Origin: a virus
Strand: one strand, 5' to 3'
Length of the DNA: 64,000 bases
IMG/VR virus record: IMGVR_UViG_3300018080_000174
Coordinates: 3,412 to 67,411 of that record
Shown: one piece after another, positions 18,287 to 28,078 of the stretch
Layout of the letters: every line of letters starts with the position of its first letter
Numbering within the stretch: the first letter of the stretch is position 1
Position numbers and translations under genes: made by a program
Notes under the pieces: model-generated
The model's input: only the letters and a program-made list of their open reading frames with translations
The model's database searches: none
What the model was told of the DNA's origin: nothing

Positions 18287-18463
18287 ATGTACAAGATCAC
18301 CATCTCTCGAAGCGTTGAACGTGAGGGCTCGGTAGTTTTGGCAACACAAGTCGCCGTCTTGTACAAACCGGAGATTCCAGATGACATAGATGACATCGTT
18401 GACGACTACGACGGTGATTTCTATGAGATTGAGTACCCCGATGAAGGAGATTACGATGAGTGA
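18287..18463 (+). CDS. small acidic hypothetical protein
   Basis: ORF with D/E-rich C-terminus; GAGG RBS. Confidence 0.55.
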   Translation: MYKITISRSVEREGSVVLATQVAVLYKPEIPDDIDDIVDDYDGDFYEIEYPDEGDYDE

Positions 18464-18923
18464 GAAGTTGGAGTTTGCAGTAGGTGATGTCAACAGTAAG
18501 GAACGTGGCACCGGCGCACGGGCGAACACAGGGAAGATTTCCTTCTCTCTGGTGCCTATTCATTTGCTGGCGGGAGCGGCTCGCGTATTCATGGGCGGCC
18601 TGCTGAAATACTCAGCCTTCAACTGGGCTCGCGGCATGGCGTGGTCCGTGTGTTATGACAGCTACATGCGTCACTGGATCAAGTGGTGGTGGATGGGCGA
18701 AGATTTTGATACGGAGTCGGGCGAGCATCATCTTGACCACTGTATTGCCAATCTACTCTTCCTGCGACACTACGTTGATTCCTACCCAGAGGGGGACGAC
18801 CGCCCGTGCCAGGATTTGACTGAGTTCCGTCAATCGTTTGACCACTTTGTCAAGACATTCGACCGCGATGAATACTTGCAACGTAACCCCGAAATTGCTG
18901 AGAAGGTGAAGAACGATGGCTAA
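18456..18923 (+). CDS. DUF5664-family dATP/dGTP diphosphohydrolase-like protein
   Basis: GK..FSLVP, GLLKYSAFNWARG, GEDFDTESGEHHLDHCIANLLFL. Confidence 0.85.
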   Translation: MSEKLEFAVGDVNSKERGTGARANTGKISFSLVPIHLLAGAARVFMGGLLKYSAFNWARGMAWSVCYDSYMRHWIKWWWMGEDFDTESGEHHLDHCIANLLFLRHYVDSYPEGDDRPCQDLTEFRQSFDHFVKTFDRDEYLQRNPEIAEKVKNDG

Positions 18924-19185
18924 CAAAGAGACAGTACGACGTTTCATTGCAGCGGCCGTGTGCGATTTCGTGGGCCATCTGGACAGCTTAGATAGCCCCA
19001 TTATCGTGGGCGGCTCATACCCGAAGGACCGGCTTATCGAGCAATTACAACGCTGGTGCGAGTCACGAAACTTCAACGTGGCCGACGCCGACGCTGTGGG
19101 CTGGACGGTAGCCTGCCAAACGGGGTCATTAAAGACGCCCGGCCCTATGCCTGCAAAAGAAGGAGAGACTGATGCCAGCACCTAA
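18916..19185 (+). CDS. hypothetical protein
   Basis: ORF overlapping both neighbours. Confidence 0.6.
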   Translation: MANKETVRRFIAAAVCDFVGHLDSLDSPIIVGGSYPKDRLIEQLQRWCESRNFNVADADAVGWTVACQTGSLKTPGPMPAKEGETDAST

Positions 19186-19789
19186 TAGCCTAATCAACAT
19201 GGATGGTCACATGCTAGTGGCTGTCGATGTGGAGACAACGGGGAGAGTCTCGGGATACCACGAGATGATTCAGATTGCAGTCGTCCCGCTTACCAGCGAC
19301 ATCAAGCCCGTGCCAGACATCAACCCCTTCTATATGGAAATCGCCCCGGAATACCCGGAGCGTTGTGAATCAAATGCGGCGACTGTGCATGGGTTGGACA
19401 TTGCGGATTTGATGCACTCCGCACCGGATGCTTGGAAGATTGCGGACCTGTTTGATGAATGGTTTGAAAATCTCAACCTGCCGTTTAATCGGCGTCTGAT
19501 CCCGCTGGCTCATAACTGGGCTTTTGAGCGGGGCTTTCTCGTACACTGGTTGGGGATTGAATCGTTCAATCAGTTCTTCCACTTCCACCCGCGAGACACC
19601 ATGCTGTTCGCTCTGAGTATCAATGACGCTGCGACCTATCGCGGGTTGAAGACTCCTTTCCCGTATGTGGGCCTCGCAGCGATGTGCAAACGCTTTGGTA
19701 TTGATCGCGGGAAGGCACACGATGCTTTGTGCGATGCCCTCGCAACAGCCAAGCTGTACAAAACGATGCTCGACACTTTCGCCCGGTGA
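19172..19789 (+). CDS. DEDDh 3'-5' exonuclease (DnaQ/RNase T-like)
   Basis: AVDVETTG, AHNWAFE, AHDALCDA. Confidence 0.88.
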   Translation: MPAPNSLINMDGHMLVAVDVETTGRVSGYHEMIQIAVVPLTSDIKPVPDINPFYMEIAPEYPERCESNAATVHGLDIADLMHSAPDAWKIADLFDEWFENLNLPFNRRLIPLAHNWAFERGFLVHWLGIESFNQFFHFHPRDTMLFALSINDAATYRGLKTPFPYVGLAAMCKRFGIDRGKAHDALCDALATAKLYKTMLDTFAR

Positions 19790-19791
19790 TT

Positions 19792-19938
19792 TCAACGGGC
19801 GTGCCCCTGGGCTTTGCGGTCCTTTCGCTTCCCCGCCCGTGGCATCTTTGATATTGTGGTGCGGCAGCTACCACTGACGACTACATTTCTGGTACGGCGG
19901 TTTCCCCGCCGTCCACCCTTCCCTGCGCAACATCCCAT
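19792..19938 (-). CDS. small basic Cys-containing peptide
   Basis: MGCCAGKGGRRGNRRTR... with AGGAG RBS; last gene of the virion operon. Confidence 0.5.
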   Translation of the reverse strand: MGCCAGKGGRRGNRRTRNVVVSGSCRTTISKMPRAGKRKDRKAQGHAR

Positions 19939-20020
19939 TGTCTCTCTCCTATTTGAATAGGCCGGTGTACGACTATCGCGGCGGTTGAGTAGGCACCCGC
20001 TTGCCGACAACGACGGCCTT

Positions 20021-20767
20021 CTACCAAAAATCTCTCGGACAGTGCTCGGTCGCCATGCGAGCTTTGTTAAGCAGGGCTTTGCCAACTGGCGTGACCTTAC
20101 ACCCGCAACCCTTGCAGCGTTTGGCTGGCTTATCGTACCAGTCGCATCGCAGGCAGTAGTTTGCGTGAATCTTCCGCACCTCATCGTCCGTGCGAGTGGG
20201 ACGCCCGGCCCCAATCCATTTCTTCACAGCGGACCAGTAGTTCTTCGCTTGAACCGCCAGGGCTGGCGTCTCTGGAATCTCCGGCTTTAGCGTGCCGCCT
20301 AATTCGGCCACTTCACCGTTGCATTGCTCACACCCGGCCGGATCAACTTTCTTGTTGGAGGCTAGGCAGAAGGCCCGCACTTGCAGCGACCCATCTGGCT
20401 TCAAGTCATCATTAAAGGCCCGGTAGGGGCAGGGAAACCACACCGAGTCGAACGCCCAAGGATTATCCACCTGCCGGGTGTAGCCTTCAGGGCACTCCGG
20501 CGGATCAGCCTCGACGGGCTCGTATGTAATCACCGCATCAGGGCCGTATGTCGGTTGCTTATAGACTGGGGCAGGCGGCGGCTTGGGACTGCACTTGGCG
20601 ACACCGACAACGACTTGACGGAGCACACATGTCTCGCACGTCGATTCATCTACCGCTTGCTTGTAGGTGTCGGCCGCACCGTGGGCACAGCGGAATAGCT
20701 CGTGCTTTGTCCCGTCTATTTCTGTCCGCACTACGGCCCGTCGTTTCTGACACTGTAACATTACCAT
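20021..20767 (-). CDS. Cys-rich protein with C-terminal DUF6171-like module
   Basis: CLRC...CKGCGC...K...HCPRDFW. Confidence 0.65.
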   Translation of the reverse strand: MVMLQCQKRRAVVRTEIDGTKHELFRCAHGAADTYKQAVDESTCETCVLRQVVVGVAKCSPKPPPAPVYKQPTYGPDAVITYEPVEADPPECPEGYTRQVDNPWAFDSVWFPCPYRAFNDDLKPDGSLQVRAFCLASNKKVDPAGCEQCNGEVAELGGTLKPEIPETPALAVQAKNYWSAVKKWIGAGRPTRTDDEVRKIHANYCLRCDWYDKPAKRCKGCGCKVTPVGKALLNKARMATEHCPRDFW

Positions 20768-21141
20768 AGCTCCAGGGGACAGTGATGGTTGGCGTACTTG
20801 ACGTAATCGTCAACAGGTATCCGCACCCCGCAGTGACACCCGTGACAAATCTTGTCTTCGGAGTGGCAGTGTTTACACTTGAAGCAGTATGTCTCCAAGA
20901 TTCGCAACTGTGCTGCCAGAGTACGCTGCTCAAGAATGTTACCGCCCCGCATCTCCTGCATGTGGGCATGGAGATGCTGCGCCTCCCGATCAAGCTCCTC
21001 TCGCAGACGGCACTCTTTGCAGATCATTTCGCTGACAATGCTGTGGCATCGGGTGGCCTTGATATTTCTACAGGCCGACACCGATACCCCACTGTTGTTG
21101 TCAACCATCATTTCCTGATGCTTGCAGATTAAACTACTCAT
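20761..21141 (-). CDS. Cys-rich protein with C-terminal DUF6171-like module
   Basis: CFKC...CHGCHC...K...HCPLELW, paralogous to the neighbouring gene. Confidence 0.65.
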   Translation of the reverse strand: MSSLICKHQEMMVDNNSGVSVSACRNIKATRCHSIVSEMICKECRLREELDREAQHLHAHMQEMRGGNILEQRTLAAQLRILETYCFKCKHCHSEDKICHGCHCGVRIPVDDYVKYANHHCPLELW

Positions 21142-21153
21142 TCTCTCTCTCCC

Positions 21154-24144
21154 TTAAACATCCTTCGGCTCATATTCCACATAGGGAACATCTGGAGTCC
21201 CTGGAGGGGACTCGCAAGTCTCATCGGGATTCTCTGGGTCCGCGATGGCTTTGGGGCTGCTGACCATGTACGGCGCGGTTTGGCCGCAATAATAGCCGCA
21301 ACCATCCATCAAACCTTGAATCTCAGCTTTCATCTGGGACTCAAACAACGTGGCCGCATACATCTCGCTGAAGGAGTGACACTTTTGCGTCAGTCCACTG
21401 ATACAGGGACCACCACCCTCATCACACCAACAAGGACCGCCCGCACACCCGCCGAGAATCTTACCTGATGTCACGGAGGAGGGGGTCGTGTAAGTGACAG
21501 TCACGTCGTATACACAACCTGAACCAGTCTGCGGGCCGCCGCAGCCATCTCGCTCAGGCTTGGTGTCTTCTTCTGCCTCGCGCTCATCGTCTTGATCTGG
21601 CCAGTTTACCGTGAAACCACCCCGCTTCAAAAGATCGCGATGATTTCTCTGGGCAAGCTCCAAGGCTCTAAACTCAGGTGCTTCGAGACGTACATCTATC
21701 GACCCCTCTTCAAAGCCAGAAATCTCGCAATCGACGGAGGGGAGGGAGTCGTCTAGATCGGAGGGGTAACGGTCGCCAGTGGACTGCTCCACGAAATTCT
21801 CATCGGCTGAGGCGTCCCCGCCGGACAGGATGTGTGCCAGCGGCGGCGTGATATTGAAATCATAACCGGGGTTCGCCCACTGCTGCTCTCCGTCTACCGG
21901 CCAGATAGTATTGGCAGGTTGGTTTGCGGGCCAAGCCAGTGGGAATGGAGTCGTCGTACCAGCCCTAACCGGGGTCCAGGCTTGAAAGTGGACCGTGTTA
22001 TTTTCGTTGTTGAACTGGGCTTCCGTAACGATGCACTTCACTGGACTGGCTGAGAATTGGGGCAAGTCCAAAGTAATGCAATCGAAAAGGTCAATGTCCA
22101 GATGTTTGATGGACGTGTCAAACTCAACATACTTCCACGTATGCGAATCTCGAATCAACCAGAATGTAGCCGACTTCAAGATCGTACCATACGTGTTCTG
22201 CGTGTAGTAATCATACGTCTCCTCATGCACCCCGTACTTCGGAATGTTGTACTTCAGCATGATGGTCTGTTCAACTTCGTTACCCTTCTCCACTGGCACC
22301 TCACTCGCCTGCCAGTTGACCACCGACTTGGTAATCAAATCCTCAGAAGGGGTGAGCGAGACACGGAAGGTCTGGGTTAAGATGTCACTCCCGGTGATAG
22401 TCCGAACTGACGAAGGCTCCTCGGACAGATACTTGATGAACATCACGCCATTGCGGATATACACCGCGCAGCGAGTTTGGTAAGCGATGTCTTGAATCAG
22501 GGCCAACACATTCTTCCGCGTCTTTAGAGCGAAGTTGGTCGGGTAGTTCGTCATACTGGTGTGGACAGAAGTAAACGACGTGGAATCAATCGTGAGGCTT
22601 GTATATTTCTCAACAAGCCACTGGATGATGTCCACCGGATTTGGGCCGATGTCAGATGTAAACGACACGTAGAGTTCATCACTCCAAGTCTCGTCCCGCT
22701 GACTCAGTTTTCGGTCCATCCCGATTTCGATCACAGTGTAGCCATCGTAGTTTGTCTCATAGATGGTGTAATAGTCGGACGGAACCTCAAGCAAAAGCTC
22801 CCGCCCACCCGGCTGCGTCTTATAGGCAGCGACGTTATTGACGACCCCTGGCAGAAGACTGACGATGTGCAGTATCTCCCCTTCATCCTCAAGGAAGACC
22901 TCAGTTCCCGGCGGAATCCAAAAGAAGCTAGACTCCGGCATTGCGTCAAAAGCAGCCTGCGCCTCATGCGGCCCTCCAACCATGCCCGGCCGCCTCTCGG
23001 TCGTACCGCCCTCAATACAAGCCCCCAGATTTGGACTCCTCGGATCAGGTGTGTACACTGATCCCGCATCCGAACGTGTCCAGTGGTCACGTCCCTCTAA
23101 TTGATCGCGAACATCATCTTCTGTAGTGAACCAGTTGACGGTGATAAGCCCACGGTGACGTTCTTCAATGTTTCGACAAGGGATTAGGGTGATGTCATCA
23201 ATTTCAGGGTGCAGCCTCTCAACAACGCTGAAAGTATTACCACTGAAGCTACCTGTGAATTTCGCGCCGTTGATATTCAACGTAATTCGCTGACCCTGCG
23301 GGAAGTTCACCCCACCGTCAATTACAAGCTGACTGTGTTCGTAAGAGAGTTGCTGCTTCAGCAGATTCTCCAGTTGGCAGACGATTTCCCAACGCTCGTC
23401 GGCGCAGTCATAGTCTGGCGCAAAGACTGGCACCACCGATGCCTCGGGGCCAGGGGCGGCGACGATGCTGTGAATTCTAAGCTCATTGCCCGTGTAGATT
23501 GCCGGGCATTGCAATTCGCGAGCTTGGCAGATTCGGTTCCAAAGCGTGAAGTCGTGGATACCAGTGCCAGTGGTTGTGTATCCTCGCTGAGGGGATCGCA
23601 CTTGCACCGTCTCCATGTTGCAGACCTCACCAAACACGAGCGGCCATTCTTTTCCCAATGCTTCGGCAGGGATGTTGAGAAAGTCGCCCTCTTCCATTGA
23701 GAAGCCAACTTCAGCATCTTCCTGGCGGGTGAGCACGTCGAAGCTGAGCGTTCTGTCACCCTCATTCCAAATCACGGGGCTGCTCACCTCACCTCGGAAC
23801 AATAAGAACCGGTGGTCGGGCGTTAAACCTTGAAAGCCTTGATAGACCCAGACGGGACGCTTGTGAACGTCATTCGCGTCCAGCAGCGTTTTCAAATGGC
23901 CGTCCGTATCATCCAGCGTGATGTTGATAGATTGTGAGTCGCCCGACCCGTCAACCTGCATCGCCATATCGAAATCCCCCACCTGGAGGATCGTGGGATA
24001 TGGATAATCTGCGCCAGAGATGCGTTGATCGGAGTACGCCACCATCGGCCCGTCATCGACCCATTGAACTTCGACAATGAGGATGGGTTCGGTCCCGTGA
24101 CTCGTTTGCAGATAAGATAGAACGTCAGCAGGTACGTCTCGCAT
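21154..24144 (-). CDS. tail tip / baseplate hub (central tail) protein
   Basis: 996 aa, downstream of tape measure and distal tail genes; WPLVFG, NPVDIIQWL motifs typical of hub proteins. Confidence 0.7.
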   Translation of the reverse strand: MRDVPADVLSYLQTSHGTEPILIVEVQWVDDGPMVAYSDQRISGADYPYPTILQVGDFDMAMQVDGSGDSQSINITLDDTDGHLKTLLDANDVHKRPVWVYQGFQGLTPDHRFLLFRGEVSSPVIWNEGDRTLSFDVLTRQEDAEVGFSMEEGDFLNIPAEALGKEWPLVFGEVCNMETVQVRSPQRGYTTTGTGIHDFTLWNRICQARELQCPAIYTGNELRIHSIVAAPGPEASVVPVFAPDYDCADERWEIVCQLENLLKQQLSYEHSQLVIDGGVNFPQGQRITLNINGAKFTGSFSGNTFSVVERLHPEIDDITLIPCRNIEERHRGLITVNWFTTEDDVRDQLEGRDHWTRSDAGSVYTPDPRSPNLGACIEGGTTERRPGMVGGPHEAQAAFDAMPESSFFWIPPGTEVFLEDEGEILHIVSLLPGVVNNVAAYKTQPGGRELLLEVPSDYYTIYETNYDGYTVIEIGMDRKLSQRDETWSDELYVSFTSDIGPNPVDIIQWLVEKYTSLTIDSTSFTSVHTSMTNYPTNFALKTRKNVLALIQDIAYQTRCAVYIRNGVMFIKYLSEEPSSVRTITGSDILTQTFRVSLTPSEDLITKSVVNWQASEVPVEKGNEVEQTIMLKYNIPKYGVHEETYDYYTQNTYGTILKSATFWLIRDSHTWKYVEFDTSIKHLDIDLFDCITLDLPQFSASPVKCIVTEAQFNNENNTVHFQAWTPVRAGTTTPFPLAWPANQPANTIWPVDGEQQWANPGYDFNITPPLAHILSGGDASADENFVEQSTGDRYPSDLDDSLPSVDCEISGFEEGSIDVRLEAPEFRALELAQRNHRDLLKRGGFTVNWPDQDDEREAEEDTKPERDGCGGPQTGSGCVYDVTVTYTTPSSVTSGKILGGCAGGPCWCDEGGGPCISGLTQKCHSFSEMYAATLFESQMKAEIQGLMDGCGYYCGQTAPYMVSSPKAIADPENPDETCESPPGTPDVPYVEYEPKDV

Positions 24145-24527
24145 TAGTCTCTCTCCTCGAATTCCAGGGTGATGTCCATAGTTTCCCCGCCGGGGAAGCC
24201 TACGGCTCGACCACTGCCTGCCATTTCAAATGGGTTGTTCATTAGATAGCCGACCCATACGTCATCATTGTGGTCGGTAATCTGCAATGGCATTCGTTGG
24301 TAGACTTTGAGAAAAGCCCGAAGTTCCAGGGCCTTATTTCTAGCCAGCCGAAAGTCCCATTGAAATCTCTTTCGCCCATCGCGTCCGTGGACGTAGGTGT
24401 ACTGGGCACCGTTCATTGCTCGCAACACTTGCATCGTTGAGGTGAGTGCGACAGAGTCGCTCCAGTTGGGCGACGGCATCTCGACCGTTATTTGCAACGA
24501 CGGGTAAGGGGCTCTGATATAAAACAT
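24144..24527 (-). CDS. distal tail (Dit)-like protein
   Basis: Position; paralogous to C-terminal domain of the adjacent gene. Confidence 0.55.
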   Translation of the reverse strand: MFYIRAPYPSLQITVEMPSPNWSDSVALTSTMQVLRAMNGAQYTYVHGRDGRKRFQWDFRLARNKALELRAFLKVYQRMPLQITDHNDDVWVGYLMNNPFEMAGSGRAVGFPGGETMDITLEFEERD

Positions 24528-24546
24528 TTCGCTCTCCCAAGGAACG

Positions 24547-25911
24547 TCAAGCCAACACTGCCACAACCGAACTCGTCAGATTGAGAGTCGATCCAGACGG
24601 CATCTCCTCTAGCAACACGCCTTCAAATTCAAGGCCGATGGTCCAACTGCGGCCACATGCCCCGCCACTATCTTGCACCGCACTCTCCGTGGGCGTAGTG
24701 ATGATTCCAACCCACTGCCGTCCTTCCCAGTCGATTAACCCAACCTCTTTCCCAAGATAGTTCTTGAGGAAGTCTTGGAGATCGTCCACTTCTGTCTTCT
24801 TCAAGCCGGAGAAACTCAGGACGAGCGTATTCACCTGCGGCCATGTGGGGTCGGCAAATACGATGAGCTTACCACCGCGAGTCTCCCGATTGATTCGAGT
24901 GAATCCCAACCTCTCACGATTATCCAGGTTTGGAGCCCGCAGTTCCACCGTGTCAGTCGGTGCGCCAATTCCTGGGTAGAGAAATTGAAAGCGTTCACCC
25001 GCAGGTAAGCCTTGTACGAAGGGTTCTTCCGAGTCTGGAGGCGTAGGGTTGCCCGACGCCGTACTCTCACCAATATAAGGTGTATAGGATTTCTTGCCAC
25101 ACGGGTCTACCACATGGTAGGTCAAAGAATGACCAATATCCAAATCCTGGGTGATCGACCGCGACCAATCGGCTGCCAGCACCACATTCTGTTGGAAATC
25201 AATCGCTCCCACCTCCAAGCCACGGGTCTTTCCGTAGTTGGTTGACTGTGCGAGGTTGAGCGTCGAAGTTGGCGTCTCACTTCGGTACGCTTCTTGTGTG
25301 AACGTGATGTTCGAGGTCACTGATTCCTCAAAAGGTCGCCCCGCCCAGTGTTGGAATAGAATCTCGTGCGAAGCCGACAAGTTCTTCTCGGAATTAGGAT
25401 ACGCAGCGTCACTGTTGAGATTCATTACTGAAGTGACGAACAGGTAGTGCGGGGCAACTACCCCCACTGTCTGTGTCAGGTTCATCTGCGAATCGGTGAC
25501 TTGCAGAAGTCCGCTAGTGACTACCTCTTGTGTGAAGTTAAGCGTACTGGAGAGTACCGCACTTTCGCCAATTCCTAAAACTTCCAATCCTTGGCTTGCC
25601 AACGACATGTTGGATGAAAGGCTAAGCTCTTGTGTACGACTCAATACTTGGGTGAAGTTGATGGTACTACTTAACGACTCTGTCAGATTGAGCTTACCCG
25701 TAGCATTGTGCGTCAAAGCCATATTTGACGTAGCATAAACCGGTTGCTCGTTGACATGCCCATCTTGCGTCAGAGCCATGTTTGAAGTGAGTGACTCCTC
25801 AAACACGCTGGCCGTCTCAGCAAGCACCTCCACGTACTGACGAGCAAGCCGCGCCTCGCCACCACCGGTGCCTAATACTTCGCCATATTGCCTTGTAACT
25901 CGAAGTGTCAT
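24547..25911 (-). CDS. minor tail protein (Ser/Thr/Asn repeats plus Dit-like C-domain)
   Basis: Repeats of S(T/N)(L/M/I)N(F/L)TQ; C-terminus similar to 24144..24527. Confidence 0.6.
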   Translation of the reverse strand: MTLRVTRQYGEVLGTGGGEARLARQYVEVLAETASVFEESLTSNMALTQDGHVNEQPVYATSNMALTHNATGKLNLTESLSSTINFTQVLSRTQELSLSSNMSLASQGLEVLGIGESAVLSSTLNFTQEVVTSGLLQVTDSQMNLTQTVGVVAPHYLFVTSVMNLNSDAAYPNSEKNLSASHEILFQHWAGRPFEESVTSNITFTQEAYRSETPTSTLNLAQSTNYGKTRGLEVGAIDFQQNVVLAADWSRSITQDLDIGHSLTYHVVDPCGKKSYTPYIGESTASGNPTPPDSEEPFVQGLPAGERFQFLYPGIGAPTDTVELRAPNLDNRERLGFTRINRETRGGKLIVFADPTWPQVNTLVLSFSGLKKTEVDDLQDFLKNYLGKEVGLIDWEGRQWVGIITTPTESAVQDSGGACGRSWTIGLEFEGVLLEEMPSGSTLNLTSSVVAVLA

Positions 25912-26975
25912 TAGCCTACCTTCACACCAGCTTGGAGATTGTTGACATCAGAAGTCGTCCACGCATTCGTTGTCACTGGGTTTTCTTCCAACAACCGACT
26001 CAAGGCCACCCAATCATCGGTGGCCACAACCTGCCCCGAGTCTGCATCTTCGGTGGTGCTATGTTTTACGACGGTTTCAATGGTCCAGTTATTAGGCTCA
26101 GTCGTGATGAATTCGGAAACCACGTTTACCGCAATGGGGTCAGCAATGTTTACAACAGGCAGACTCTCATACTCATAGAGGTCAGTGTTGTTAGTAGTTG
26201 TGTCCTCCACATACTCTGCCGAATTCTGCTCATCTTCATCTACCAGAGTATAGTGAGTGTTCCCAGTGCTCGTCGTCCAATCCGAAGAATCGCCATCGGC
26301 GTTTGGACTCAGTGTGACGACGCGGATATTAGGCCCGATAAAATCGTTGTTCTCGCTACCCGTGCCGTCACAGATGTAGAGATCATCAATTTGGGCCGAA
26401 TAGTCATCGCCAGTGCTAACAACACCATTGAATCGAACTACGCTGTGGTAGTTATCCGTGCCATACTTTGTGTCAACGCTTGTGGCCGAAAGCACGTCCA
26501 CCCCGTCAATCCGCATCTCATACGTTCCTGCGGAATCATGGCAGTAGACTTTGAGTTCAAAGTAGTGCCATGCATTCTCGGTGACAATCGAGTTCGCAGT
26601 CGAACCCAGCAGCGTCGGACCCCGATACAGATGGATGGCCTCATTAGCATCAATAGTCGCCCAGATGCCACCTGTCGTGTCATTTTGAGCGTTGGTCGCT
26701 GACCGCATTTGAATAAATTCACCCGTCCCATGAGAGGACGGAATTTTCAAGGCGAAGCCAACAATTAACGTACTGTCCGTCGTCAAGTGAGGCGTTTGAA
26801 TCCAAGCGTTTGCGTCCCAGGCCACGGTGATAGCATAATCGCCCCATCGCCCAGTCTTGACAAAGGCACGATTTTGCCGCTGCTGCCAACGAGTCCGCAT
26901 GATACCCAGAGGCGCAGCTTGCGACCCTGTGGTCGTTCCGTACTTATCAAACCCATCCATAAAGAGCAAGGCCAT
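25911..26975 (-). CDS. minor tail protein, ConA/LamG-like, paralog 1
   Basis: MALLFMDGFD; WHYFELKV...IDG; IDDLYICDG. Confidence 0.65.
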   Translation of the reverse strand: MALLFMDGFDKYGTTTGSQAAPLGIMRTRWQQRQNRAFVKTGRWGDYAITVAWDANAWIQTPHLTTDSTLIVGFALKIPSSHGTGEFIQMRSATNAQNDTTGGIWATIDANEAIHLYRGPTLLGSTANSIVTENAWHYFELKVYCHDSAGTYEMRIDGVDVLSATSVDTKYGTDNYHSVVRFNGVVSTGDDYSAQIDDLYICDGTGSENNDFIGPNIRVVTLSPNADGDSSDWTTSTGNTHYTLVDEDEQNSAEYVEDTTTNNTDLYEYESLPVVNIADPIAVNVVSEFITTEPNNWTIETVVKHSTTEDADSGQVVATDDWVALSRLLEENPVTTNAWTTSDVNNLQAGVKVG

Positions 26976-28009
26976 TATCCAACCTCCACGCCCATCTCGA
27001 CACTATTAACCCCACTCTGCGTCCAAGAGTTAGATGTGTCTGGGTCTACTGTCATCAGTCTATCGGTTACGAGATACGATGTGCTGCTGATGGTGCCTGC
27101 ATTGGCAGTGTACTCTGTGCCGCCAGATTTGACAACAGTTGTCAAATCGTAGGTATTCGCGTCCGTCACCCGCACGTCAGTAAGGAGACAGAGGGCGTCG
27201 ATACTATCAATGGTCGTCAGAGCTTCGTAAGTCCACCTATCTTGGTTGGTGCTGACGGTATCTTCAACGTAGTTCGTATCGTCGTCCGGTGCGTCGAGAT
27301 CATCGACCAGTGTGTAGTGCGTATTACCACTGCTGGTCGTCCAATCAACTGTGGCCGTATCGCCATCGGGCTTGAGAGCAACGATCCGCCGCTGCGTGAT
27401 GAAGTCATTGTAGTCAGACCCGCTACCATCCATGACGATGAAATCGTCAAATCTTGGTGTCTTGATAGTGGAGATCGTAAGACCCTCCAGCATGACTTGA
27501 TCGTAGTAGGCCAGATTCTCTTGGGTATCCACACCGCTGCCAGAGCAAACCGTGTTGCCATCGACCTTTAGCTCATACGAGCCGGTGGTATTGTCGCACA
27601 CGACTTTGAATTCAATCCAGTGCCACCGCTTGAAGTTGATGACGCTGAGATTCGACCTCTCCAGCACGGTCGCGCCGCGAGTCACGATTATCTCGCCCGC
27701 ATTCGAGCAGGATAGCTTCATACCTTCCGTCCCGCTACTTATCAGCGTGCAGAAGTACCCAACCCCCACCTCATTGCCTGGCCACTTCAAAGCGAAACAA
27801 ACAATCAAGGTATCATCCGTGGTCAAAGACGGGGTTGTGAAATCGCAATTGAAATACTCCGGCTGAATTGCCCAGCCCGAACCCCAACGACCATCGTCCT
27901 TAACCTCATGGAGGTTATTGACGGAGTAGCGTCGTCCGAGAATCGACTGCACCCGTTCATTGTTGGTATCGCCGTAGGCTTCAAAGCCATCCATCCACAG
28001 TAGAGCCAT
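26975..28009 (-). CDS. minor tail protein, ConA/LamG-like, paralog 2
   Basis: MALLWMDGFE; WHWIEFKV...VDG; FDDFIVMDG; full-length similarity to paralog 1. Confidence 0.65.
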   Translation of the reverse strand: MALLWMDGFEAYGDTNNERVQSILGRRYSVNNLHEVKDDGRWGSGWAIQPEYFNCDFTTPSLTTDDTLIVCFALKWPGNEVGVGYFCTLISSGTEGMKLSCSNAGEIIVTRGATVLERSNLSVINFKRWHWIEFKVVCDNTTGSYELKVDGNTVCSGSGVDTQENLAYYDQVMLEGLTISTIKTPRFDDFIVMDGSGSDYNDFITQRRIVALKPDGDTATVDWTTSSGNTHYTLVDDLDAPDDDTNYVEDTVSTNQDRWTYEALTTIDSIDALCLLTDVRVTDANTYDLTTVVKSGGTEYTANAGTISSTSYLVTDRLMTVDPDTSNSWTQSGVNSVEMGVEVG

Positions 28010-28024
28010 CGTAGCACCTTGTCT

Positions 28025-28065
28025 TAAAAAGAGCCCTGGCGCGAGAAATCCCGCGCCAAGGCTCA
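28025..28065 (-). terminator. putative terminator/attenuator hairpin
   Basis: GAGCCTTGGCGCG...CGCGCCAGGGCTC followed by TTTTT. Confidence 0.6.
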
Positions 28066-28078
28066 CCGAGGGAGAGAC

